From positions 24,118 through 88,117 of the forward strand of contig DHPY01000035.1 of the NCBI GenBank assembly GCA_002411015.1: 64,000 nt of DNA, given 5' to 3'. Source of the stretch: Armatimonadetes bacterium UBA5352. GTDB lineage: Bacteria > Armatimonadota > Zipacnadia > Zipacnadales > UBA5352. A program made the position numbers and the translations under genes. The notes beneath the pieces are model-generated. The model was not told the origin of the DNA, did not search any database, and was given only the letters and a program-made list of their open reading frames with translations. Position 1 is the first letter of the stretch, and every line of letters starts with the position of its first letter. Positions 1 through 8,109 of the stretch are shown one piece after another.

Positions 1-621
1 ATGCGCGACACACTGTGCGGCGCGGAGATGGAGGTTGCGCGCGGGCTGGGCATGGACCCGTATGAGGTGATGACCGGGGAGGCCGCGGGGGCTCCGATCG
101 GGAGCGAAGGGCTCATCTTCCTGCCCTACCTCACCGGAGAGCGCGTGCCACACCCCGACCCGAACGCGCGCGGCGTCTTCTTCGGCCTGAGCCTGCGGCA
201 CAGCAAGGCGCACATGATCCGAGCGGTGCTTGAGGGCGTGGCATACGGGCTGCGCGACTCCTTCGAGATCATCGAGGCGATGGGCGTGGGGATCGCGGAG
301 GTGCGAGCCTCCGGCGGAGGCGCACGCAGCGAGCTGTGGCGGCAGATCCAGACGGACGTGACCGGCTACCCGCACAGCACGGTCAACGTCGACGAGGGGC
401 CGGCCTACGGAGCGGCGCTGCTCGCGGCGGTCGCGGCAGGGACCTTCGGCAGCGTAGAGGATGCCTGCGCGACAACCATCCGTGTGGTGGATGCGCCCGT
501 GGTCGATGCGGACGATCACGCGCTGTACACGAGATGGCACCGGCTCTATCAGCAGCTCTACCCGCGGCTGGAGGGGCAGTTTGCCGCCGCCGCGAAGTTG
601 GTGGAGGAGAGTTCACAGTGA
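1..621 (+). CDS. xylB: Xylulokinase / FGGY carbohydrate kinase, C-terminal part (5' truncated by window edge)
   Basis: FLPYLTGERVP, RAVLEGVAY, SGGGARS, EGPAYGAA motifs of the FGGY_C domain. Confidence 0.85.
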   Translation: MRDTLCGAEMEVARGLGMDPYEVMTGEAAGAPIGSEGLIFLPYLTGERVPHPDPNARGVFFGLSLRHSKAHMIRAVLEGVAYGLRDSFEIIEAMGVGIAEVRASGGGARSELWRQIQTDVTGYPHSTVNVDEGPAYGAALLAAVAAGTFGSVEDACATTIRVVDAPVVDADDHALYTRWHRLYQQLYPRLEGQFAAAAKLVEESSQ

Positions 622-678
622 CCGGGGAATAGCCCCCTCAAGAGGCTCTCAAGCGCCTGAAGGCCGTTTGCCGTAGGT

Positions 679-707
679 TTGACACGACGCAGGGGCTCTT
701 GTATAAT
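679..707 (+). promoter_or_regulatory. Sigma70-type promoter for response regulator
   Basis: Perfect TTGACA(679-684)-N17-TATAAT(702-707). Confidence 0.8.
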
Positions 708-805
708 CCACGCACACTGGATGTGCCGAGTCGTGTCACTGGCGTGTCCTGTGCGATGAATGATGCGTCCGGGGCATGTGAAGCCCGCGGAGGGAGCGGC
801 TGTAG

Positions 806-1228
806 ATGGCGAAGAAAATCCTGGTCGTGGATGATGAGCGGCACATCGTTCGCCTCGTCGAGGTCAATCTCACCCGTGCCGGGTATGAGATCGCAACGGC
901 CTACGACGGCATTGAGGCACTCGAGAAGGTCAAGTCAGAGAAGCCGGATATGATCGTGCTTGACGTCATGATGCCGCGGATGGATGGTTTTGAGGTCCTA
1001 AAGCGGCTGCAGGCGGATGCGAGCACTCAGGACATCCCTGTGATCATGCTGACGGCGAAGGCGCAGGACGCGGATATCTTCCGCGGCTGGTCGTCGGGCG
1101 TCAGCTCCTACCTCACCAAGCCGTTCAATCCGCGCGAACTGCTGACGTTCGTCGAGCGCATCTTCCAGAGCCTCGACGATCGCGGTCCGAGTGGCCCCGA
1201 CGACGGCGAGACCGTCTGGGAGATCTAA
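806..1228 (+). CDS. Single-domain response regulator receiver protein
   Basis: ILVVDD, LDVMMP (phospho-Asp), MLTAK, TKPF; GGAGGGAG RBS. Confidence 0.92.
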   Translation: MAKKILVVDDERHIVRLVEVNLTRAGYEIATAYDGIEALEKVKSEKPDMIVLDVMMPRMDGFEVLKRLQADASTQDIPVIMLTAKAQDADIFRGWSSGVSSYLTKPFNPRELLTFVERIFQSLDDRGPSGPDDGETVWEI

Positions 1229-1254
1229 GGCGGCCCCGCCCACACCGCAATCAG

Positions 1255-1287
1255 AAGAGCCCGCGACCATCGCCGCGGGCTCTTTTT
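1255..1287 (+). terminator. Rho-independent terminator between convergent genes
   Basis: AAGAGCCCGCG-N8-CGCGGGCTCTT followed by TTT. Confidence 0.8.
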
Positions 1288-1337
1288 GCTGCGTGTCTCA
1301 GGTTGTGGGAGGCGCTTCTGCCGCCGCACCCTACCTC

Positions 1338-1745
1338 TCAGAAGTGGATGCTCATGGCGCGCGGCGGGCAGACCGGAACGCAGATCCCGCACGCGACGCA
1401 CTGCTCGGCGTCGAAGATCACCTCGCGGCTGTCCAGATCCAGCGCAAGTGCACCGGTCGGGCAGACTACCACGCAGGCGCCGCAGTGCGTGCAACGCGCA
1501 TCATCGCGCGTCACGTCCTTGTCCAGCGGCCGGACGCGCACGCCCTGCTCGCGCATCCACTCGACAGCGGCTTCTATGCTCTGCGGCTCGCCCTCGAGGC
1601 CGAGCACCATCAGGCCTTCCTGATCCTGCGTGATGTTCGCGCGCAGGATGTTGAAGCTCAAGTGATAGCGCTGAATTGCTGTGGAGATGACCGGCTGATC
1701 CAGCAGCTTCTTCGGGAAGTGAAGCACGATCCTGCTCTCAGCCAT
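1338..1745 (-). CDS. NIL domain + 2x[4Fe-4S] ferredoxin (partner of COG1900 homocysteine synthesis protein)
   Basis: NILRANI motif; CTHCGACVVVCP and CVACGICVPVCP; directly after COG1900 gene; alternative GTG start at 1754. Confidence 0.88.
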   Translation of the reverse strand: MAESRIVLHFPKKLLDQPVISTAIQRYHLSFNILRANITQDQEGLMVLGLEGEPQSIEAAVEWMREQGVRVRPLDKDVTRDDARCTHCGACVVVCPTGALALDLDSREVIFDAEQCVACGICVPVCPPRAMSIHF

Positions 1746-1746
1746 C

Positions 1747-2964
1747 TCACTCACAGCCTTCCTCTTCGACCGGCCGGTTGTTGAACATCTTGAAGCCCGG
1801 GCTGTCGCTCGGCCCCGGGAATGCCTGGACCGGCTCAGTGAGCAGGAACTTGCCGCTCTGCACCCAGCTCTTCAGTTCGCCCGCGATCTCCCGCGCGCGC
1901 ACGTAGCTCGAGAGCGGCGTCGTCGGCACCGTCCGGCCCTCAAGCTCGATCGAGCCGCTCTTGAGTTCGGCGTAGGAGACACGCCGCAGCGGTGCGCCCT
2001 CGTTCAGCCCGTAGTTGCGGCTGTAGTCGGTAACCGGCGCCACAATGTCGGCGTCGCTCACGCCGGTGAACGCCGCCATCTCCTCATCGAGGATCGGGAT
2101 GGCGGTGCCAATCCCGAGCGCCAGCGATACGCCGTAGCCAAGGAAGCTCACGCCGACGACGTAGCGCGGGTCCATCTGCTTGAGGTCGCCGATGGTTCCG
2201 AGCGTCGCCGCGCCACCCTTCGGCACGCCTCCGTCGGTGCGCTCACCAGTCGGGTCGTGCTGCGTACCCTGCCAGTAGACGAAGCCCTGTGCGCCGCCGA
2301 TGAAGATGCGAGTGCCGATCCCGATCGTGCGCTGGTATGGGTCATTCAGCAGCGGGCTGAGCTGCCCCGCGGAGCAGTAGTTCGCGCTCCCGAGGTCCTT
2401 CTTCACCACGCCCATGTAGGTGTATATGTCGCGGTCGCTGAACTGGTTGACCGCCACGTTGTAGTTCTGATAGCTGTTGCGCGGGTTGAGCATGTAGGCC
2501 TCGTTCAGATCGCGGATATTGAGCCAGCTGTCAAGCTCCTTCCGCGGGTAGCAGTCGGTCCCGTAGGCGGCTGCGCGCAGGCGCACGTCGTGCCCCGCCA
2601 CGAGGTCGTGGATGACATGCGCGCCGCCGTAGCTGAAGAGCCCGGGGTGCTCGCGGTTGAGCGGATCGCCCTCCGCGACGGCCGTGGCGCCGATGTACAT
2701 GTCCACGGCGGCCAGCCCGCACTCGACGCGGACGTCGTTGATCCACGCCTGGGTGATCTTCATGCGCGGGGTGGTGTGGCCGACGTTGATGACCGCGCCC
2801 GACGAGCACATCGGTCCGAAGGTCCCGGTGGTCACCACGTCTATCTTCTGCGCCGCCTCCGCGGGGCCGAGGTCGGCGACGATCCCGACCATCTCCTCAG
2901 CAGTGACGACCACCACATCGCCGCTGCGTATCTTTGCGTTGATCTCCTCATACGTCTTCGCCAC
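1747..2964 (-). CDS. Homocysteine biosynthesis protein (COG1900/DUF39, aspartate-semialdehyde sulfurtransferase-like), no CBS domains
   Basis: KTYEEINAKI, VVVVTAEE, DVVTTGTFGPMCSSGA, GQLSPLLNDP, TIGIGTRIF motifs. Confidence 0.88.
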   Translation of the reverse strand: MAKTYEEINAKIRSGDVVVVTAEEMVGIVADLGPAEAAQKIDVVTTGTFGPMCSSGAVINVGHTTPRMKITQAWINDVRVECGLAAVDMYIGATAVAEGDPLNREHPGLFSYGGAHVIHDLVAGHDVRLRAAAYGTDCYPRKELDSWLNIRDLNEAYMLNPRNSYQNYNVAVNQFSDRDIYTYMGVVKKDLGSANYCSAGQLSPLLNDPYQRTIGIGTRIFIGGAQGFVYWQGTQHDPTGERTDGGVPKGGAATLGTIGDLKQMDPRYVVGVSFLGYGVSLALGIGTAIPILDEEMAAFTGVSDADIVAPVTDYSRNYGLNEGAPLRRVSYAELKSGSIELEGRTVPTTPLSSYVRAREIAGELKSWVQSGKFLLTEPVQAFPGPSDSPGFKMFNNRPVEEEGCE

Positions 2965-2987
2965 GATGGATCACTCTCTCCCGGGCA

Positions 2988-3137
2988 CTATCCGCGGCCG
3001 GAACGGCGGACGGACGCGCCTGTATGATGATGCTGCTCGCGCACAACATGGCTGCTCTGGCGTCCCGAACCGGGACGCTGACGCATAGCCATGCGCATCA
3101 CCACTGGCTTGCGAAGCAGATCGGTGCGTCTACACAT
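2988..3137 (-). CDS. Putative 49-aa leader peptide MCRRTDLLRKPVVMRMAMRQRPGSGRQSSHVVREQHHHTGASVRRSGRG
   Basis: GAGGAGG RBS (3151-3145) 7 nt before ATG; not in the supplied ORF track; ends 23 nt before the COG1900 start. Confidence 0.55.
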   Translation of the reverse strand: MCRRTDLLRKPVVMRMAMRQRPGSGRQSSHVVREQHHHTGASVRRSGRG

Positions 3138-3172
3138 CGCCGTTCCTCCTCTCAGAGTGCATCAGTTGGCGG

Positions 3173-4093
3173 TCAGGCCTCAAAGGTGTGGGTGGAGAGG
3201 TAGCGCTCTCCGGTATCCGGGACGATGGCCACGGTCAGGTGGTCACGCATCTCCTCGCGCGCAGCCACGCGCAGCGCGGCGCAGACCGCGGCGCCCGAGG
3301 AGATGCCCGCGAGGATGCCCTCCTCGGCGGCGAGACGCCGGGTGGTCGCCTTCGCGTCGTCGGTGCTGACCGTCAGCACCTCGTCCAGGAGGTCTCTCTG
3401 CAGGACACCGGGCACGAAGCCCGCGCCGATCCCCTGGATACCATGGGCGGCCGCCTCGCCACCGCTGAGGACAGGCGACTCCGCGGGCTCTACGCCGATC
3501 AAGCGCAACCGCGGCTTGCGCGGCTTGAGCGCGCGGCCGATCCCGGTGATCGTGCCGCCCGTGCCGATCCCGGCGACGACGGCGTCGACAGTACCATCGG
3601 TGTCCGCCCAGATCTCCTCGGCGGTGGTCTTCTCGTGCGCGTCAGGGTTCGCCGGGTTCTCGAACTGCATCGGGATCCACGCGCCCACAGTCTCCGCCGC
3701 AAGCTCTCTCGCGCGGTCAATCGACAGCTGCATCCCGCCCTGCACGAGAACCAGTTCGGCGCCGAATGCCGCGAGCAGCTTGCGCCGCTCGATGCTCATC
3801 GTCTCGGGCATGCACAGGACGACGCGGTAGCCGCGCGCCGTCCCGACCATCGCCAGGCCCACCCCGGTGTTTCCGCTGGTCGGCTCAATGATCGTCGTCC
3901 TGCCCGGGGCGATGATGCCCTCGCGCTCCGCCGCGAGGATCATCTCCAGCGCGATGCGCTCTTTGACGCAGCCGGCCGGGTTGAAGAACTCGAGCTTCGC
4001 CACGACGCGCCCGGGCAGGTCGCGATCGAGCTTCCCGAGGCGCACCAGCGGCGTATTGCCTATTGTTCCCGTGATATCCTCATGGATCCGCAT
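3173..4093 (-). CDS. cysK: Cysteine synthase A
   Basis: [48 protein letters not shown]; GGAGGT RBS before ATG 4093. Confidence 0.95.
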   Translation of the reverse strand: MRIHEDITGTIGNTPLVRLGKLDRDLPGRVVAKLEFFNPAGCVKERIALEMILAAEREGIIAPGRTTIIEPTSGNTGVGLAMVGTARGYRVVLCMPETMSIERRKLLAAFGAELVLVQGGMQLSIDRARELAAETVGAWIPMQFENPANPDAHEKTTAEEIWADTDGTVDAVVAGIGTGGTITGIGRALKPRKPRLRLIGVEPAESPVLSGGEAAAHGIQGIGAGFVPGVLQRDLLDEVLTVSTDDAKATTRRLAAEEGILAGISSGAAVCAALRVAAREEMRDHLTVAIVPDTGERYLSTHTFEA

Positions 4094-4144
4094 CTCGACA
4101 CCTCCACCACCCAAACTCAGGCCTGTGCGCACATCCCCGTACAT

Positions 4145-4201
4145 GAAACAAGGCCCCGGTGCCCGAAGCCAGAGTGGGACGAATCGGCCGGGCGGGGGCC
4201 T
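4145..4201 (-). terminator. Putative attenuator hairpin in cysK leader
   Basis: Minus strand AGGCCCC/GGGGCCT outer stem, GCCCG/CGGGC inner stem, then TGTTTC; begins right after leader ORF stop. Confidence 0.45.
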
Positions 4202-4202
4202 C

Positions 4203-4304
4203 TCAGGAGTGCGACATCATACCGGCGGAACGGCCCGTAGGGCCGATCGCAGGCGCCGTCACCTCAATCACTGTCTCTGTTCGGGATGTCGGTCGGCTCA
4301 TCAT
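4203..4304 (-). CDS. Putative 33-aa leader peptide [33 protein letters not shown]
   Basis: Lies between a strong promoter and cysK; AGGTGG just upstream of ATGATG. Confidence 0.4.
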   Translation of the reverse strand: MMSRPTSRTETVIEVTAPAIGPTGRSAGMMSHS

Positions 4305-4347
4305 GCCACCTGGATGCTGCGTCGCTTCGAGACCGCTCTGTGTTCTG

Positions 4348-4376
4348 ACGATAGCACAGCACAGGCGCAGTGTCAA
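4348..4376 (-). promoter_or_regulatory. Sigma70-type promoter of cysK-COG1900-NIL operon
   Basis: TTGACA-N17-TATCGT with TGn extended -10. Confidence 0.7.
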
Positions 4377-4410
4377 CTACGTGCGGATCGCGTGGGGCGA
4401 TCCACCACTC

Positions 4411-4466
4411 AAAACAAACGGCGGGGGATTTGGGTGTTGGCGGGGACAACACCCTCTTCCCCCACC
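4411..4466 (-). terminator. Terminator downstream of gltX
   Basis: GGTGGGGGA/TCCCCCGCC and GGGTGTTG/CAACACCC stems followed by GTTTGTTTT. Confidence 0.65.
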
Positions 4467-4634
4467 AAATCGATCTGCACCGGAAGAGACCTCTATGTTT
4501 CCGTTTGCTGTGACGCGCTGCTCGAGACCGATGTTCACTGGTCCAGTGAAGTTCTCCGGTTGCTTCTGCCGCGCACTGCGCATCAGGTACGTCCTTACGT
4601 ATATACCCACCCGCGCACACTCTCACACATCGAT

Positions 4635-6128
4635 TTAATCAGATGAGCCGACGGGCTGCATTTCGCCCGCCCGGCCAAGCTCAGCAGCGCGATGCAGCCG
4701 CTTCACGACCGTCTCCTGCGGCAGCAGTTCGATCAGATGGAAGAGGCTCGGGCCGATCGTCTGGCCGGTGACAGCGGCGCGGCAGGGGTGGATGATCTGC
4801 CCCGCCCCCACCTCAAGCTCCTCCGCCAGCCCGCGGATGGCCTGCTCGATGGCATCCACGGTCCACTCCGGCACTGCCGCAAGCTCCTCCGCGAGCGCGT
4901 CGAGACGATCGGGCACGTCCTCGCGGCTCAGCCACTTCTGCCGCGCCTTGTTGTCGTAGACGAACTCCTCCGTGAAGAAGTAGCGGCCCCAGGTGACGAA
5001 GTCGGTGAGCAGCCGCGTGCGCTCCTTCATGAGGTCAACCACCGCGATGAGCCACTGCATCCGCTCCTCGCTCGCGTCCTCCTCGAACAGCCCCTCCTCG
5101 CGCAGCAGCGGCAGCAGGACGCCCGTGAGATACTCAGCGTCGGCGGCCTTGAGATACTCCCCGTTGAGCCAGGCTGCCTTTTCGAGGTCAAAGACGCCGG
5201 GCGACTTGCTGACGCCCTCGAGGGTGAACTTCGCGATCAGCTCATCGTGGTCGAGGATCTCCTGCTCCGCGCCCGCGGACCAGCCGATGATCGCGAGGAA
5301 GTTGCGCATGGCCTCAGGCAGGAAGCCCTGGTCGCGGTAGTCGAGCAGGTTGACGGCGCCGTGGCGCTTGCTCAGCTTCGTCTTGTCTGGCCCGAGGATC
5401 AGCGGCAGGTGCGCGTAGATTGGGCGCTCGAAGCCGAGAGCGTCGAGGATCTGCACGTGCGACGGCGTGTTCGCCAGGTGCTCCTCGGCGCGGATGACGT
5501 GCGTGATGCCCATGAGGTAGTCGTCCACCACGACCGCCATGTGATAGGTCGGGTAGCCGGAGGTCTTGCGGATGACGAAGTCGCCGATGAGGTCGTTATC
5601 GAAGGAGACCTCGCCGCGTACGAGGTCCTGGATGACGGTCGCACCTGTCTGGAGGGTGCGGAAGCGCACACAGTAGGGCTTGCCCTCGGCAAGAAGCATC
5701 TGGATCTGCTCCTCGCTGAGATCTGCGCAGCGGCCGTCGTAGCGCGGCGGGATGCCGCGTGCGCGCATGATCTCACGCCGCTCATCAAGCTCCTCGGCGG
5801 TGCAGAAGCAGCGGTATGCCCGCCCGCTCTCGATCAGGCGGTCGATCTGCTCGTGGTAGGTGTTCAGGCGCTCGGACTGGATGTAGGGGCCGAAGGGGCC
5901 GCCGACGTCCGGGCCCTCGTCCCAGTCGATCTCCAGCCACTTCAGGCCATTGTAGATAGCGGCCAGCGACTCCTCGGTCGAGCGCACCTCGTCCGTATCC
6001 TCTATGCGCAGGATGAACTTGCCGCCCTCGTGGCGGGCGAAGAGCCAGGCGAAGAGCGCGGTATGCGCGCCGCCGACGTGCAGGTTGCCGGTTGGGGACG
6101 GCGCAAAGCGCGTCCGTATCTCTGACAT
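4635..6128 (-). CDS. gltX: Glutamate--tRNA ligase
   Basis: RTRFAPSPTGNLHVGG, LRIEDTD, CFC, KLSKR. Confidence 0.97.
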   Translation of the reverse strand: MSEIRTRFAPSPTGNLHVGGAHTALFAWLFARHEGGKFILRIEDTDEVRSTEESLAAIYNGLKWLEIDWDEGPDVGGPFGPYIQSERLNTYHEQIDRLIESGRAYRCFCTAEELDERREIMRARGIPPRYDGRCADLSEEQIQMLLAEGKPYCVRFRTLQTGATVIQDLVRGEVSFDNDLIGDFVIRKTSGYPTYHMAVVVDDYLMGITHVIRAEEHLANTPSHVQILDALGFERPIYAHLPLILGPDKTKLSKRHGAVNLLDYRDQGFLPEAMRNFLAIIGWSAGAEQEILDHDELIAKFTLEGVSKSPGVFDLEKAAWLNGEYLKAADAEYLTGVLLPLLREEGLFEEDASEERMQWLIAVVDLMKERTRLLTDFVTWGRYFFTEEFVYDNKARQKWLSREDVPDRLDALAEELAAVPEWTVDAIEQAIRGLAEELEVGAGQIIHPCRAAVTGQTIGPSLFHLIELLPQETVVKRLHRAAELGRAGEMQPVGSSD

Positions 6129-6228
6129 GATTGCGGTCACCTTTTCGGGGAAGTCTGGACGGGCGCTCGCGGCTTGCGGTGCGGGGCGAGCTTCCGCCCG
6201 CGGGACGCTCCCGCGGGCGGACTCTGCT

Positions 6229-6257
6229 ATCATAGCGGCATTACGCGGCGCGCGCAA
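6229..6257 (-). promoter_or_regulatory. Putative gltX promoter
   Basis: TTGCGC-N17-TATGAT. Confidence 0.5.
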
Positions 6258-6272
6258 GTGATGGCGCATGCG

Positions 6273-8084
6273 TCACGCCTCAACGATCGCACCTGCGAGC
6301 GCGGGGTCGCCCGGCTCGTCCATCCGTGCGCGATCCGCCTGCCATTGACCGTCGCTCTCGCTGAAGCAGGCATGGTAGGCCAGCAGAGATGCGATCTGCC
6401 GGCGCGAGGTGCGGCGGACAGCGTTCATCTCCGCGCACAGCGCGTTGAAACTCAGCCCCGCATCGTGCTCATCGAGCACCTCGACCATCAGGTCGCGAGT
6501 GGCTATCGGCCGGTGGGCCACCCGCTCCCGCTTGCGCTCCAGCACCGCCATCCGCACATCGGCGGGGGCAAGCTCGGCGTCAATCTCGCCCTCGTACTCC
6601 AGCAGATAGCTCTCGGCGGCCTCGCCGCGCTTGATGCGGAAGATCGCACCGCTTGGCGGCAGGTGGCGGTGATACCAGCGCGACAAGCCAAAAAGCAGGC
6701 CGATCTTCGCGTTCAGCCAGACTGGATAGGCCTCCGCCTCGCCGTAGCGCATCACGACGAGGCTGAGCGGCGGCTCGGAGGCGAAGAACGGGCGGTCGAT
6801 CGCGCGGATCGGCATCGTGCCCATGATGAAGTGGTGGTGCAGGAGCGGATACTCGACGCAATCGCGGTCCTCGCCGGATGGCTGGAACCGCACTCCGGAG
6901 GCCACATCCTCGTAACGCGGATCGAGCACTGCCGCGCGAAGCTCCTCCGGAAGCGCATCCAGCGCGATCAGCAGGTCCTCATCGGCATCGGTCGGAACCG
7001 GCAGCAGCGGCTCAGGCACGCTGTGTACCCAGTCCGGGATAGCGCGGCTCGAAAGGTAGCGCCCCGGTGAGAGCCGGATGAGCTCAGACTCCTCCGAGAG
7101 AAGCTCGTCGAGTGCATGCGCGGCGCCTGCGAAGCGGCGGCCGGTCGGCGCGATCTCCAGCACATCCACCACCAGCTCGTCCACGCCGATCGGGACCTGG
7201 GACTCGCGGACGATGGACAGGATCGCAGACTCGTCCTGTGGCCTGAGCTTGAACGGTGGCGCTGGCGCAGGCTCCGCGAGGATCGCCGTGAGGTTGACAC
7301 GCTCGGCCTCACTGCCCTCCCCGGCGACCTCGTCAGAGGCCTGCTGCAACTGCTCGTGCAGCGCCTCGATCAGCGCTTCGCCCAGCCACATCCCGCAGGC
7401 AGGCGTCACATCGTCGCGCCGGAGCATCTGCGCGACGAAACCCACCGGATCGAAGACCTGCGGGTGGCGCTGCCACGTGAGGAACGCCAACTGCCGCGGG
7501 CCTACCGGCCGGTCGAGCTTCGCCAGGATGTTTGCAGCGGTGAGGCACGGCTCCCGCCTGCGCAGGTCGAGCGCCTCACACTGTGCGCGCATTTCCTGCA
7601 GGTCCTCATCGCGATCGAGGCGGTTGAAGAAGAGCACGCGCTGCTCGTCCTCCTCGCCGAGCGAGAGGATCCACTCGGCGTCCAGGACATGATCGGCGAG
7701 GTAGACGACATCCGTCCGAGTCACCACGTAGCGGTCGAGCAGGCCGGTGAAGTAAGCTGGAGAGCCGCCTCGAATACGGGAGAGCGCGTTGACCATCAGA
7801 GGAATCGGCATCGGACGGCCGTAGTCGGCGAGGAGCGCCTCCACCGCGCCTCCGAAGGGGCGTGACTTGATGGCGACACGGTTGGCCAGGTCAAAGCGGC
7901 TGCCAACCTGCTCGAAACGTGGGTCGTCGCTGAGGACCTGCCGGATCAGCGCGACGCTCAATCGCAGCCCCCGGGGAAGCGATCGAACGAGATCTGAGGG
8001 CCGTACGGCCCCCGCCTGGCCGAGAATCGCGCCGTAGAGACAGCCGCCGAGATAACGCAGTGCAAGATCCCTGTCGGTCGCCAT
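6273..8084 (-). CDS. Hypothetical 603-aa protein, possibly with repeated winged-helix-like modules
   Basis: Long ORF co-oriented with rimO; AAGGGA RBS before ATG 8084; family not recognised. Confidence 0.8.
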   Translation of the reverse strand: MATDRDLALRYLGGCLYGAILGQAGAVRPSDLVRSLPRGLRLSVALIRQVLSDDPRFEQVGSRFDLANRVAIKSRPFGGAVEALLADYGRPMPIPLMVNALSRIRGGSPAYFTGLLDRYVVTRTDVVYLADHVLDAEWILSLGEEDEQRVLFFNRLDRDEDLQEMRAQCEALDLRRREPCLTAANILAKLDRPVGPRQLAFLTWQRHPQVFDPVGFVAQMLRRDDVTPACGMWLGEALIEALHEQLQQASDEVAGEGSEAERVNLTAILAEPAPAPPFKLRPQDESAILSIVRESQVPIGVDELVVDVLEIAPTGRRFAGAAHALDELLSEESELIRLSPGRYLSSRAIPDWVHSVPEPLLPVPTDADEDLLIALDALPEELRAAVLDPRYEDVASGVRFQPSGEDRDCVEYPLLHHHFIMGTMPIRAIDRPFFASEPPLSLVVMRYGEAEAYPVWLNAKIGLLFGLSRWYHRHLPPSGAIFRIKRGEAAESYLLEYEGEIDAELAPADVRMAVLERKRERVAHRPIATRDLMVEVLDEHDAGLSFNALCAEMNAVRRTSRRQIASLLAYHACFSESDGQWQADRARMDEPGDPALAGAIVEA

Positions 8085-8109
8085 GGGTGCGTGCTCCCTT
8101 CCCGGCTCT

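Noticed and set aside
4380-4634. tRNA-Gln/Glu genes or a T-box after gltX
   Set aside because: No cloverleaf/TTCGA arm pattern and no TGGNACC antiterminator bulge found
4264-4646. Short ORFs in the gltX-cysK gap (e.g. 4377-4610, 4159-4638)
   Set aside because: No RBS or recognisable motifs; they run through terminator and promoter elements
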